In this document: positions 41,976-54,370 of the stretch, in pieces | Layout of the letters: each line of letters begins with the position of its first letter | Position numbering within the stretch: the stretch's first letter is position 1 | DNA from: Nageia nagi | Lineage: Eukaryota; Plantae; Pinophyta | Reading direction: 5' to 3' | Assembly: GCA_050084985.1 (NCBI GenBank) | Contig: JBITNC010000002.1 | Location: 5,518,001-5,582,000, forward strand | Length of the DNA stretch: 64,000 bases | Notes under the pieces: model-generated | Databases searched by the model: none | Told to the model about the DNA's origin: nothing | Seen by the model: only the letters and a program-made list of their open reading frames with translations | Program-made: the position numbers and the translations under genes

Positions 41976-44548
41976 CTCCATGAGTTAGACTGAAGTCTTC
42001 AAGTAAAGTCTGTGAGGAAGATGGACCAGTATTGGATAGTTGAAAAGAGGTTGATAAAACATTTCTTTTGGTTTCATCATTGTCATCACTCGAACCCAGA
42101 TTCCTCGCTGCTATGAGCACGGGAGGATCCAGCATATTTTGTTCTGACAGTCTTTCAGCATCTTTATCCACGTTAAAAGATAGAACCGTCGAGTCAAGAA
42201 CTCTTCCTTTTGAGCCTGGCATAGAGCCGTCTTGCAAAATACCTCCCTGAGTATTTGGAGTCTTCTGTGATGTTTCCATTTCTTCCAATTTCTTCTCTAG
42301 TATTTGCCCTTTACTCAACTCTGCATCTGCTTCCTCAAGTCGCCCTTCACGTCTAAGAGCAAGAGCCTTTCTTTTCAGCCCCAATAGTTCCTTCTGCAGC
42401 TCGCCTTTGGTTTTGGGTTTATGGAATGGGGATGCCATTGAGGAATGATAAGAAGATTGTGCTTGAGAAACATCCTGACTTTCAACATTGATTATTGAGA
42501 CTCTTTCCTGATCTGCTTCTTGCCAACCAAGGCCACTTAGCTCTTTGGAAAGTTCAGGGTCCCCCATGTCTTCATCAGTTACTTCAATCTTGTCATCTTC
42601 CACATTCAGAGACAATACCCCCAAATCAGTCTCCTTTACTTTTTTTCTTGGTTTAGATTTGCCTTGGAAAGCACCTACCTTAATATTTTGAGTATTCAGC
42701 GAATTTTCTAGCTCTTCTAGTTGTTTTTGTAATAGTTGCCCTTTATTCAACTCTGCATCTGCCTCCTCAATTCTCCCTTCACGTCTAAGAGCAAGAGCCT
42801 TCCTTTTCAAGCCTAATAGTTCCTTCTGCAGTTCTGTTTTGGTCTTTGACATCTTGAATGGAGATGCCACTGAAGAAATATTACCAGATTGTGGATGAAA
42901 ATTGTTACGACTTTCAGAAATATATTTCTTGAAACGCTCTCTTGATCAGCTTCTTGCCAACCCATATCTTTTAGCACCTTGGCAAGTTCAGGATCAACCA
43001 TATCTTCATCAGTTATCTCAATTGTCTCATTGTCTTCATCTTGTAAACTTGAGAAGCTTGTTTTTCCTGCTAAGTTTCTTATTTTCCCTGTATTCCCTGA
43101 ACCTGGTCTTTTAATGTCTAATGGATTGTAAGTCTCAAACTTTGAATTAGCATCATGCACTGATTGCTCCAACTGTAGATCTTCAAGCTCCTTTTCAAGC
43201 ACCTTTGATTGCCGCAGCTTTTCCTTTGCCTCAGCAACATTACCTGCACGCTTAAAGGCAAGAGCTTCCCTCTTAAGAGATAATACCTTTTGCTGCAAAG
43301 CAGCTCTATCACGCTGTTGAAGGAAAGTTACAGCAACAGGATCTTGTGTTGAAGACCTAGGACCATCTTCAAAATATGGATTATCCCCAGGCATATTCAA
43401 CAGTTCTTCAGAATCCTCCTCTTCCCATCCCATTGATCTCAAGGCTAAAGCAATTTCTGGATCATGGATATCGTCATCTGTTACATCAATACCTGTATTC
43501 TCATCAAACTCATCTCCCATGACTGCAAATTGGCTTAGCTCAAAAACTGGATCTTCTCCAAGCTTCAATCCCAAGCCTCCTAAGGGTTTTGCATCTTTTG
43601 ATTCACTATCCAAGCTACGTATCAGTGAGGCAAGTTCATCATCGGACTCCACTTCCTGCCCAAATATTTCTTGCTCTTCCAGTTGCTTTTCTAAGAGTTT
43701 GGCTTTCTTCAATTCTTCTTTTGCTTCCGTGAGTTTACCTTCACGCTTCAATGCAAGGGCCTTCCTTTTATGTGCAAGCACTTGTGACCGATCAATACCA
43801 CTAGAAGATTCATTTCCACGGCTTCTCACTTTAGAATTATGAGATTCGCCTAGAAGACTTGATAATTCACCTTCTAGGCTCACCTTACTTGTCTTTCTAT
43901 CACCATCCTGCAAATCATCCTCCGTCCATCCCAGCTCTTTAAGTGCACTAGATATGTCATCTTTTTCATCCTTACCTTGTCCAGATGATTTCTTTTTCTT
44001 TGCTTCTACATGCAATTCCAATTTGTGACCATCATTAAATGTGTCTGGAATCTTCCTTTCTGAATCTCCAGGATCTTCTTGTTTTTTATCCATGCTGTCA
44101 AAGCCAGCAGAAGCAGCTCTTCTGCGGCTTTTTCTCAAAGATAGCTCTAAAGCTTCAGCACGCCGTTCAAGCTCCTTGCCTCGTTTGAATGCTTGCAGTG
44201 CTTCCTCACCTTTTCCTTCTTTCTTGAGAATATGGTATTTTTTCTTCTCCTCCTGGGCCTGCTGGCGCAATTCATCAGGTGTAGACAAATCCTTCTCGAT
44301 GCCACTCTGTATTGAACCATTTAATGAGCTACTTTCTGATAATTCATGCTTTCTATTGTGTCTTGTGCCCTCATCTTCATGCAATATTGAACTGGAAGAA
44401 TCGGCTACAACACTTGAATCATCAACAGATGCAATGCTTGAAAGGTCATCAAAGGAGTCATTGCCTGTTGAACTTTGAAGTCTCAAATCAGAGCCAAGTA
44501 TCTGTTGTACTATTTCATTCTCAGAGTTTGCAGGCATTCTTGAAGAAC
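41976..44548 (-). CDS. FYVE4: FYVE4-like gene, exon 3 (helical KRKALALKREG repeats), with an apparent +2 frameshift near 42920-42925
   Basis: Acceptor ggcag|GT TCT, donor GGA G|gtaaat. Covered by ORFs 42813-44594 and 41857-42870 in different frames. Length 2573 nt = 3n+2 between two phase-1 introns. Confidence 0.88.
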
Positions 44549-45399
44549 CTGCCAATTCTAAGCATAAGACCACTTGTTTGATTGTCGTGACCAAGACTAA
44601 TTGGCTTCAATCATGTCAAGTTTTCAGAAATGATATTGAAGAACACAGAATAGCCAATCTCTGATATATTTTATTTTAATTTAATTGATTAACAAACATG
44701 GGTAGGCAAGTACATAGTGTCCAAACTGAGTTTATTCTAATGGCAACCGGCCAACTAAAATACAAATGAGAATTAAGAATAACACAAAAATAATTTCATA
44801 GAATAGCTCAATATAAGATGTGATACCTTTTTTAATGTCATCTCAATTTATTTGTCTCTTGCCATATTGTTAAAGCACAAAATAGAATAGCAGTCCAGAA
44901 ACAATTTGAGGAGAGTTTATGGCTTCTATAGAGGAGCGATTTCCTCTAACACAACTAAACTCTAGAAATACAATACAGTACACACACTGCAATGAAGAAG
45001 TAATTAGATTCTGGTTAGCCACTTCCCATGAAAAAGGGGCAAAAGGCACCATTTAAAGAGTGCCTTTTCCTTGTAAAGAACATGAGGAGACAGAATGACA
45101 TAGTAAATAGGATGACTGGAAATAAAGGAATCCTTTGAAAGGGTCGATAAGTTCTAGTCCGTTCATCAGACTAGTTATTCTACATTTGACCAGAACCTAT
45201 TCATCATAAACTAGTAGATAACTTCTTTTTAAGGAATTCCCTCTTTGAAGATGGGATGAAACCCGAAGTGGCTTCTATATACCCGCTAACATAATTTTAA
45301 AAATCCCATTCTGAAGGTGGAAATGCCTGTCAAGAGAGACGAGGAATTTGTACATGATATAGAGCAGCATACTATGGTTCACATGACGAATGATAGGAG

Positions 45400-46720
45400 A
45401 AGACAGCTCCCTATTAAAGACAGCTCATATATCAGAAAGGGAGAATCCACTTGGTAGCAAGTGAAATGGAGGCTTTAAAACATAGTATAGAATTTCATTA
45501 TACCCATAAAAACAACGAGGAGGTGAAGCATGACACAAGGAAGTTGCTCATCCATCCTACATACTTTGCCAACAGAAAGAACGTGACATATATTGCTTAT
45601 CAGACCCCACTTTGGAGCAACTTCTCCCAGTATTTCATCATCAACTATCTTGTGTCGCCAGTATCTTGGAGCAGAAGTGAAGGATGAGCCGGCTAAAGGC
45701 CTCCATAATTTTAATGGCTTGAGGAAAGATAGATGATAAGAGAACTATGAGCATCTTTCTTGGATTCGATTATGTGAGAAAGGCCTATCAACTCTATGGC
45801 CATCTGGCCTGTCAGCTACATGCAACTTGAGATGTAATCTTTTATGAAGGAATATGAGCTAAAACCATGTTGATTGACCCTTCACACGTCAAGTTCACCA
45901 TAAGGAATAAAACAGTCAACAACCTTCATAATCAGATTGATGATCTTTTATGTCAAAATGTGCTAGAGCTTCAATAAAGTAATGAGATTGATGATCTTCA
46001 CCATAACAACTTGAAACAAATCAGATTGAAAAGAAGATGCCCAAGTGGAACATTAGAACGATTGTTGGAGTCATTTTCCTGACCAGTCAAGAAAAAAGAA
46101 ATTTAAAGATGAAATCACAGATGAGCGTCATTGCTTCTGGATCCATAGAATAAGCATTTGTAAATGCCAGCAGAAAGTTGAAGTTGCAAAAGTACATGGA
46201 CAAAGAGATGAAGACGATAAAAAGAGTAAAATTTTGGGTGTACTACCACAACCAGATGGTATGAAAGTTGTTTGCTTTGGATTGGTTTACATGACCCAAT
46301 TGAAAATTGACAAGACTAGAGACAGATATAGGCACAACTTACTATCAACTTCGACAATTCAAACGAAATGTGTCAACTTTGAGGAGACTTCTGCACCAGT
46401 GCAGCAATGATCTCTATTAAAAATAACATTTGCTGCAGAGTTTAAGCGGAAAGTTCTACAGTTGGTTGTGAAGAATGGATTTCTAATGTTGACTTAGTAT
46501 AAGACAATAACATTAAGCAGCTCCAAGATACTTGAGGCAAGAAGAAAAATATATAAATGTTCAAAGGTGATCGACCTTAAATCTTGTGCAAATATAAAGT
46601 GATATCAACATAAGACTACTTGAACTCAAGTAAATATAACGTGATATCAACATCAGACTACTTGAACTCAAGTTGATGTGGGTTTAGGAGTATTGGAATG
46701 TTAACCCACACTACACGAAA
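45400..46720 (+). mobile_element. Ancient copia integrase/RT relic in intron 2
   Basis: Decayed motifs IFLGF..RKAYQLY, DVIFYE, VNFEETSAPV and QLVVKNGFL appear in copia order. Confidence 0.7.
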
Positions 46721-46734
46721 AATACTCTAACAAG

Positions 46735-46808
46735 AGGACGACTAGTTCAGTGGCAGAGTGCCCATGTTGGTAATCAGGAGGTCTTTAGTTTGGATCCTAG
46801 CAGGATCA
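46735..46808 (+). pseudogene. tRNA-like relic (pseudo-tRNA or tRNA-derived SINE head)
   Basis: TAGTTCAGTGGCAGAGTG (A box/D arm), TTGGTAA loop, GAGGTC, and degenerate B box AGTTTGGATCC at tRNA spacing. Stems pair poorly. Confidence 0.5.
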
Positions 46809-47347
46809 AAGGTTTCTAATGCTTTCATGGAAATGATAATAACTTTATTCATATTGTAAAGCAATTTTATTAAGCATGCATTCCCTTGAACAAAAAGGGT
46901 AAACATATAGCCTGAAGCTTTTATCGCACAAAAATTCAGTATCCGTAAGTGTTGTGATTCTGCTGCCAGAAAACAAGCAGGTGAGCCATATACAATTTAG
47001 ATTACCCATACAAATAAAACAAACAAATTCGTAATAATTACCTTGGAAGTAAGAATGATTGATTGTAGAGGAATCAATTTTCTTGAAAGCCAGAATACTT
47101 TAGTAGGTAAAAAACACTTGCCATGTGAAAACGGAAGTTTTTGTCCAAACATTTCCTTACTGTCAAAATAAATTAGAAAACTAAGAAAGCCTTGTCTGAT
47201 ATTTGCTGAATATTTGGTAGTGGGAGCAACCACATTTAAAAAAATATATAATAACCAATTATCCAAAAGTCAAAGCTAAGGAAGTTTAAAAGATTTAAAT
47301 TCCTCGCTAAAGCTACAAAAAAAAAATATCAATTCTGTAAAGAATTG

Positions 47348-48120
47348 GCTTTGATACCACTTTTAAAATTTGACATGGACACAAATAAAAATTTACTCAA
47401 AGATTAACACAACTTGAAGCATGTAATATATACTATAAAAGTTATATCTAATGGAACCCATGGAGAGACAAGGATAAAGTCAACACCTCTTTGTAGTAAT
47501 ACATATTTTTACATGGTTCTCTCTATCATGGAGGACTACACACTTTCAGCAGAATGTTCACATCCATAGAGGTATCACAGCAGTACCTCTCACTCATGGA
47601 GACCAATCCAACAATACCACTCACATATTTCATCTAGATACATTACATGCACTGGCTTACGCTTTTTGTTCATTGCAAGCATATTCTTAAGTATAAAATG
47701 TTGGAGACATTCCGGATACTTTAAACTGTGTCTTCATCCATTATATATCAGTTCTCTGAAATAACTCTTCAACTTCCCTATGTTGACCTGTCATCAATAT
47801 GGAGATTGTCAGTATTTTTCAGTCCGTCCGTCAGAACATGTTTTGTGACCTATATTTTTATTTTTCCAGACACTATGTTTATAGACAAAACCACCAGTAT
47901 AAAAAGCTTTTCCAGAAAATTCTTCCATGCAATTCTGTTGAATTGTTTCCACCAACGTACATACCTATGATAATTTTCAGTATCAATTTTTTGTTTCATC
48001 ATGTTCTCGTTAAGAAGAGCTTTCCAACAAATATTCACAAAGATCAAATGAAGATACGGTTAGAAGTTATAACCTTTGGATGTTGATCTATCCAAAATTG
48101 GCCAATCAACTATTCAATCA
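47348..48120 (-). repeat. Old copia-type LTR (copy 1) with adjacent PBS
   Basis: ggctttgatacca at 47348-47360. Sequence is colinear with 51399-51485 plus 53710-54370. Confidence 0.7.
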
Positions 48121-48129
48121 ATAGAACAT

Positions 48130-48995
48130 GTTCTATCTGAGTGAGTCTCATCTGTTCCCAGAGGAAGAACAAATCTCTCATCATAGAGAGAGTGAGCCCC
48201 TTGATATAGAATGGGGGAATCAGAAACCTATTTATGACATATCAGCATGCAACGAAATCTCGCATAACAGACTGCAATTTGCAGTAATAGATGGAGAAAT
48301 GAATATCTCAGATAATAAATCAATAGGGTAAGGAAATGCGTTAGTCGATGATGATCACTACATTCACAATGCATCTATTTATAATAGATCACTAGCACTA
48401 ATCCCTATGCTCCAGGCCTAACCTTAATACTATCAATTCTAAGGACTCAAGCCAATCAAGTATAACATAGCTAACCTGATTAATTGGCGTTGTTACATAC
48501 ACTCCCTCTTTAGAAAGCTGTATCCTCAAAGATTAAAAATTCAGGAGAATACATCTAGTTCCCATGTAGCATCCCCTTTCCGTAAGTCTTTCCACTTGAT
48601 GAGCTCCAGAACCATTTGTCCTTCTTTATTCAATAATTCTGGAATTAGCATTTAGTGTTGCAATTTTTGCCCAAGAACATGTTTAAGACAAGAAACATAA
48701 AAAATTGGACAAATTTTGGATTCTGGTGGCAGTTATAATGGATAAGCCACTTGTCCAATCCTTCAAACCACTTGGAAGGGTTTATGAAATCTTGCAGCCA
48801 ATTTTTGCTTTGTCTTGGTTGAGTAATGCTTGTTTGTATCATTGAAGCCTCAAGAATACCATATCTCTTACTATAAAATGTCCGTTCTAACCTATGTTGA
48901 TCCTTTTGTTGTAGCATCTTATTTTGTGCTTGGCAAAGATTATCTTTGAAAGAAATTAAGTATATTAATGTCTTTGGGTAACCAAAAGCAGTCAT
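48130..48995 (-). mobile_element. 3' fragment of an old chromovirus: integrase tail, chromodomain, PPT and LTR start
   Basis: Minus strand reads PIFYVSCLKHVLG and LIKWKDLRKGDATWE, then AAAGAGGGAG and TGTAAC. Confidence 0.7.
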
Positions 48996-49049
48996 GATCG
49001 TGAAACCAAAAAACCCCTACTAAGCATCATCTAAAGAAAGCATAAAAAG

Positions 49050-49800
49050 GGTGACAAGCAAATACATCCATACAAAAGACCAAACCCTGAAGAGTGGGAC
49101 AAACAAAATCAAAGTCAGCTAGAGGGAGGTAATCCTGAACCTCTCCGAGGGCAAAGCATGGTCGTGCTCTCTACCTCGGGGAGGGATCATTCTGGTCCTT
49201 GGGGGATGTGTCTATGGTATTCCTGCTGGAAGAGAAAAAGGATGTGATCTATTGAATCCTCAATGGATCCTGGGTGCCCTGGATACATCTCCTAGTCTGA
49301 AGTAGGGGGTGTGACTTCTCATCTTGACATCTCCTATGAGCCCCCTTGAGAGAAGAGGCTCAAAAGAAGGATGTAATACATCAGTCCTTTGTCGACTACC
49401 AAGTAAGAGCTAGAAGCCACCTCCCTAAATGGAAGGTCTCTCAAAAGTGTAGAGCCAAGCAACGTTGATCTGGATACTGGAGGAATGTAGCTAATGAACT
49501 ATGGGAATCCCAAAACAGGCAATGGTATCGGTCATAGATCTCGTAGTAGATTGAGCACTAGAAGACAAAGGGATCTTCAAACTGAATCTCAAGAGAGCAA
49601 AGGTGACAAACTCACAAATCCCAGGCTATGTGGTGGTCGATCTCAATCCTCAGCTGGAGGAAGCATACTCGAAACTGTCCAAGAGGCATCCTCAATCCAA
49701 GAGGGAGATGTATGTTGATGTAGCCAGGTGAGGAGATCAATCCTCTCTCAATTTGAAGATAACGTTGTGCATATTGATCGAACATGGGTGTCAACGACTA
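49050..49800 (-). mobile_element. 5'-truncated LINE 3' fragment, same family as 51500-53700
   Basis: 49440-49790 is colinear with 52040-52380. Confidence 0.7.
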
Positions 49801-51157
49801 TGGTGGAGAAACACTAATTCTTATCAATCTTCAATTCATCAAAACTTTAATCAGTTATACCTTTGCTCTTGGATTTCAATTCTTGTTCCTTGGCTTTAAC
49901 TAGTACTTGCTGGAACTTTTATCAATACTTTTCTTGGGCATCTAAATTTATTCTTCAATATTCTTCCCTACTAACATTTCTCTTCATTTTTTCACTTGCA
50001 TTTATGATATATCTCCAACAAATCATTTATCTGCAAGGCATATCATACTTCAGATCATTGTACTCAAAAACCAAATATTCAAACACTTACACCTATTTAA
50101 GTAAACTTAGCATTTTCTTCTTGCAGTTTCTTCCTTGCAAGCCATCACTTCAGGAAAGGGGTTTATTTGAGCTCAATCCAGCAAGCTCTACAAATCACTT
50201 AGGGAATAACGTCATTGGCTTAATCAATTCCCTCAATGCAGCAAAAGTTGTACATGTACTTAAAAGCTTCCAACTTTTTCATACATGTGATTAGTTTTCC
50301 ATGTGTTCACTCTCTCTTGAAGATCGTCAACACAATTGGACTGTTAATGCTCTTCCATGTCTTTGGCCTGTATATTTCCATAAGGCTTGCTTTCGTCATC
50401 TTGTCTACGTGGCTAGGCACCAACCTCAACATGATAATTGACGTGTAATGACTTTAAAAATTGCCCCACATCTCCATCTTGAACTGCATGTGGCTAAATA
50501 TCTTCATTTGTTCAAACCTCCAAGTTCTTTTCATCTTCAATGCACTCTTTCATGGCTGCAACTGAATTCATTATTCATGTCTTCAGACACCCTTCCAATA
50601 CATTCTTTCTTCTCATAAGGGAATCCTCCCTACTGGTTGTCTTCTTCCTAATCTTGATTCTTCTACTCTTTCCAATCGTTCCTTGCAATGTTTGTCAGCT
50701 CCACAAAACACAACACCCAACTTGCAACTTGGACAAACTTAACTTTTCAACACAACATATTATAATATGACTCACTTGAACTTGAACGCAAGATCTACTA
50801 AACTCTTACACCACCCAAATACGCATTTGGACTCAACCAAATTTGAACGCTAGACTTCTTAACACGTACATCTCACAAACTATATTTGGAAACAAAAAAC
50901 ACAAGATCAAAGAACTTATGCAATAAGATCCATTATTTTTTTAGAATATTTGAGAGTCTCTTCTGAATACATGAGAAACCCATGAAAAGATTATAGAAAT
51001 ACTCTATTCTCAGATTTGATATGAATATCAAAAACACTTTTATCAATTTTATTGATTACATAGGAGTTTTGAATACCAAAGACACAAATTATCAACATTG
51101 AAAAAACCCATGTGCACTTTAATAAATACCCATCAACTATCTATGGAATTTGAACTC

Positions 51158-51357
51158 AAGACTCGTATGCCCACAAAGCGTGACCCAAACATGAACTAAA
51201 AGGATTGAATTCCACTCTTGGAATTGACTTGGCTCTGATACCACTTTATCAGAATACTTAAGACTCATATGCCCACAAAGCGTGACCCAAACATGAACTA
51301 AAAGGATTGAATTCCACTCTTGGAATTGACTTGGCTCTGATACCACTTTATCAGAAT
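51158..51357. repeat. 102-bp tandem duplication containing the PBS
   Basis: Two near-identical copies, each ending ggctctgataccactttatcagaat. Confidence 0.95.
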
Positions 51358-51398
51358 TTCCTTTGAGACAACTATTAGAGAATCTGATTTGATACCAC

Positions 51399-54370
51399 TG
51401 ATAGAATTTGACATCCCATGGACAAACATAAAATTTACTTAAAGCTTAACATAGCTGAAAGCATATGACATAAGCTATAAAACTCAACTATTAGAAAATG
51501 TTCCTTTCTAAGATGAAACAAGAACAAACACGAAAAACTATTGAAAACCACACAAGAAAGAAAGAAAATATATTAATGTTCATGGGTGGCCAAAAGTGGT
51601 CAATGGGATTGGGGAGTACAAGTGTGAATAAGTAGCAAGTGAGGGCCTAAGTTGCCTTCCCTAAAAACAAACTAAAATATACAATGAAAGGGCAAATTCT
51701 TAAAAGTGGACAACAAAAAAAATGAAAAGAAATACAATATAGTAGATATTGGTGATGAAAGGACCGCTAAGGGCCTGGCTAAGGAAGAGCGTGAAGGCAC
51801 GCTCGACCGGGCAACCAGGCTGGGATCCCTTTGGACTATGAGAATTGTGTCTATGTTGGCTCTGCTAGAGCTAAAAAAGGATGTGATTTTTCGAGTCCAC
51901 AGTGGAATAAGGTCTGCACATGCTCATAGTTTGGTGCATCGATTAGGTAAGAGACGGCCACATGATGTAATACAACAATCTCCTATCAAGTGTTGGGTAC
52001 AAGATAAGAGATGCTTCCTTATAAGGAATGCCTCTCTGAGGTATAGTGCCACATAACACTTGTCTAGGTACCGAAAGAAGGTTGAAAACAAGTTGTGGGA
52101 GTCTTGAAAGAGACAATGGTATCGTCCTCGAATCTCATAATAAAATGAGCACATGAAGATGAAATAGTCCTTAGACTCAAACTCTAGTGAGCACAATTGG
52201 CAAACTTGAAGCTCAAAAGCTAGATGGTGGTCAATCTCGATCTACAACTAGTGTGAGCATACTCAACTCTGGTAAAGGAATATCATCAATCCAAGAGGTA
52301 GGTGTAAACTAATATACTCGGGAGGGGGGATCAACCCTCTATCTATCTAAACAAAGTTATAGGATTAATGTAATAGCTTGGGCTTGAGGTGATGTTGAGG
52401 AGTGACCTGAGGAGTGACCCAAGTGGTCTGGATATAAGCTATGTAGAGCGCCTTTATGATCGAAGCCAACGAGTTCTAGGCTCTTTAGGGTGTAGGTAAT
52501 TGATCATGGGAAACCCTTAAGTGTTGAAGTGTCTCGATGACCTCGATGAACCAACACCAATGGCACCCATGTGTTGCTACGCCCATCAACGAAGCCAAGG
52601 CCATAGAAGGGAGTCTGTCTACACCTCCTCCAAGTAATGCAAGACCATGTAGACGACGAAGAAATAGAACTTGTGCTACAAGAGACCATACCTACAAAGG
52701 TTGGTACCCAAACTCTACAAACATGACATGATAGGGAACAATACTCTTGCTTTGAAATTTGAATAGAGCAAGACAATGCTCTAACCAAGATCCTCTCTAC
52801 TATGGCCCAATATGAGATCCTCAAAATGGGGCCCCAAACGTTGACACCATAAAGCATTGTGGAGGTAACTAAATTATGGAATAGTTGAAGTTTGGATGAG
52901 ATGTCCTAGAAGTGAAGCTGGACACATTGTATCTTAGGGTAAGAGATTGTTGCATAACCTCTACAGACTTTAGGTGAGGCCACTACACTCATCAAGAATC
53001 TAGGAACATAGATGAGCACTCCCATGTAAGTATAAAAGGTTGAAATCTCAATAACCCTCCCTCAGTATTTGATCCGGGTCTGGTCAACCATGGCCTTGGA
53101 AACATTGAAGGCCATAACATTAGTTTTACTGAGATTTACACTAGCTCTTGTTGATCATCAAATGAATTTAAGGCATCCATCAAGCATTGTAAACCCTCTA
53201 TCATGTATGAGAGTAGGACAATGTCGTTGGCAAAGAGAAGGAGGGCTCAGCTACCATGGAGGAGGAATCTTGTCTTAGGATTTGTGGTCTCTAGTATGAA
53301 GGTCTCTAACTCATTGATGTAGAGTCCAAAGAGTGTCGAGGAGAGCAAGCATCCCTGTTTTACCCCAATAGTGTTGTGGATGCTATCAAAGAGGCCCTTT
53401 GAAGTGCAAACCCAACTTGATTAAGTCTTGTAGAGAATCAAGATGGTTATAAGGCCAATTTAAGGGATCCCCAACCATATCAATCTATCCATGAGTCGGT
53501 GCTAAGGAATTGTGTCAAAGACCTTCCTAAAGTCCACGAAGCAAGAAAAGACCGAGGACTTCCGAAACTTGGTCTCCTCAATGATTGCTCAAAGGGTGAG
53601 GATGTGGTCAATGGTGCACTAGTCTCTATAGAAGCTTGCTTGTCCTACTGCTCTGAAACCTCTATCATTTGGAATCTATGAGATATAGTCCTCAAGGATG
53701 GTGGCTAATAAAGAAAACAAGGATTAAGTCAAAACTTCTTTGTATTAAGATGCATTTGTACAAGGTGGTCTCAACCTTGAAAGACTACACACTTTCAGCT
53801 CAATGTTCACATTCAAGGACGCATCCCACAGGACTTTTAACCTAGGAAGGCAATCCAATGATACTTCTCACATTTAACTCATGATACATTACATGCACTC
53901 ATTCATGCATTTGTTCATTACAAGAATAGTCTTCATGTATACAATGCTGGAGACTCTTTGGATCCTTGAGAGGCTTTATATTTATCTGTTACAACTCAAT
54001 TCAACCACATGACTCTTCAACTTGCCTATGTTTGTTGACCTGTCAACCCAGCAAGTCCAATGGTATTTCTCAATTCAAAGGACTCATCAGAATATGTTTT
54101 ATGACCAATATTTATTTTTTCCCAGACATTACATATAAAGACAAAACAGCAATTATAAAAATAATAAAAATGATAATCTAGAACATTGTTCCTTGCAAGT
54201 CTGCCAGACTATTCATGCCAAAGGACATGCCTGTGATAATATTCAACCTTAAACTTTTGTATCATTGTGTTCTCCTTGATAACAACTTTTTAGGGCATAT
54301 TTATGGAGGTCAAACAGATTTATGGTCAGGAAGTTATGACCTCCAAATTTTTATCTGTCCAAAAATGGCT
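51399..54370 (-). repeat. Old copia-type LTR (copy 2), split by a LINE insertion
   Basis: 51399-51485 and 53710-54370 match consecutive parts of 47361-48100. Confidence 0.65.
51500..53700 (-). mobile_element. 5'-truncated non-LTR retrotransposon (LINE, RTE/RTEX-like RT)
   Basis: Minus strand reads FVDFRKVFDTIP, IGVKQGCLLSSTLFGLYINELE, MLYGVNVWGP and a C-terminal EIDHH..C..YYEIRGRYHC region. Boundaries approximate. Confidence 0.85.

Noticed and set aside
42870-42912. Mini-intron rescuing the frameshift
   Set aside because: Available GT..AG pairs give 39-42 nt, which is too short and frame-neutral. The region also aligns as coding to the duplicated module.
40456-44478. Plus-strand ORFs antisense to the large exons
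   Set aside because: Ser/Leu/Phe-rich shadows of the Glu/Lys-rich sense frame.
40299-44594. Three separate genes (ORFs of 593, 337 and 505 aa)
   Set aside because: They are parts of one gene, joined by a 349-nt GT-AG intron (41627-41975) and a 2-nt frameshift.
46735-46808. Functional tRNA-Thr gene
   Set aside because: Acceptor, anticodon and T stems do not pair properly, and the B box is degenerate.
49800-51150. Possible gag relic on the minus strand
   Set aside because: Purine-rich and downstream of a PBS, but no motif I can identify with confidence.
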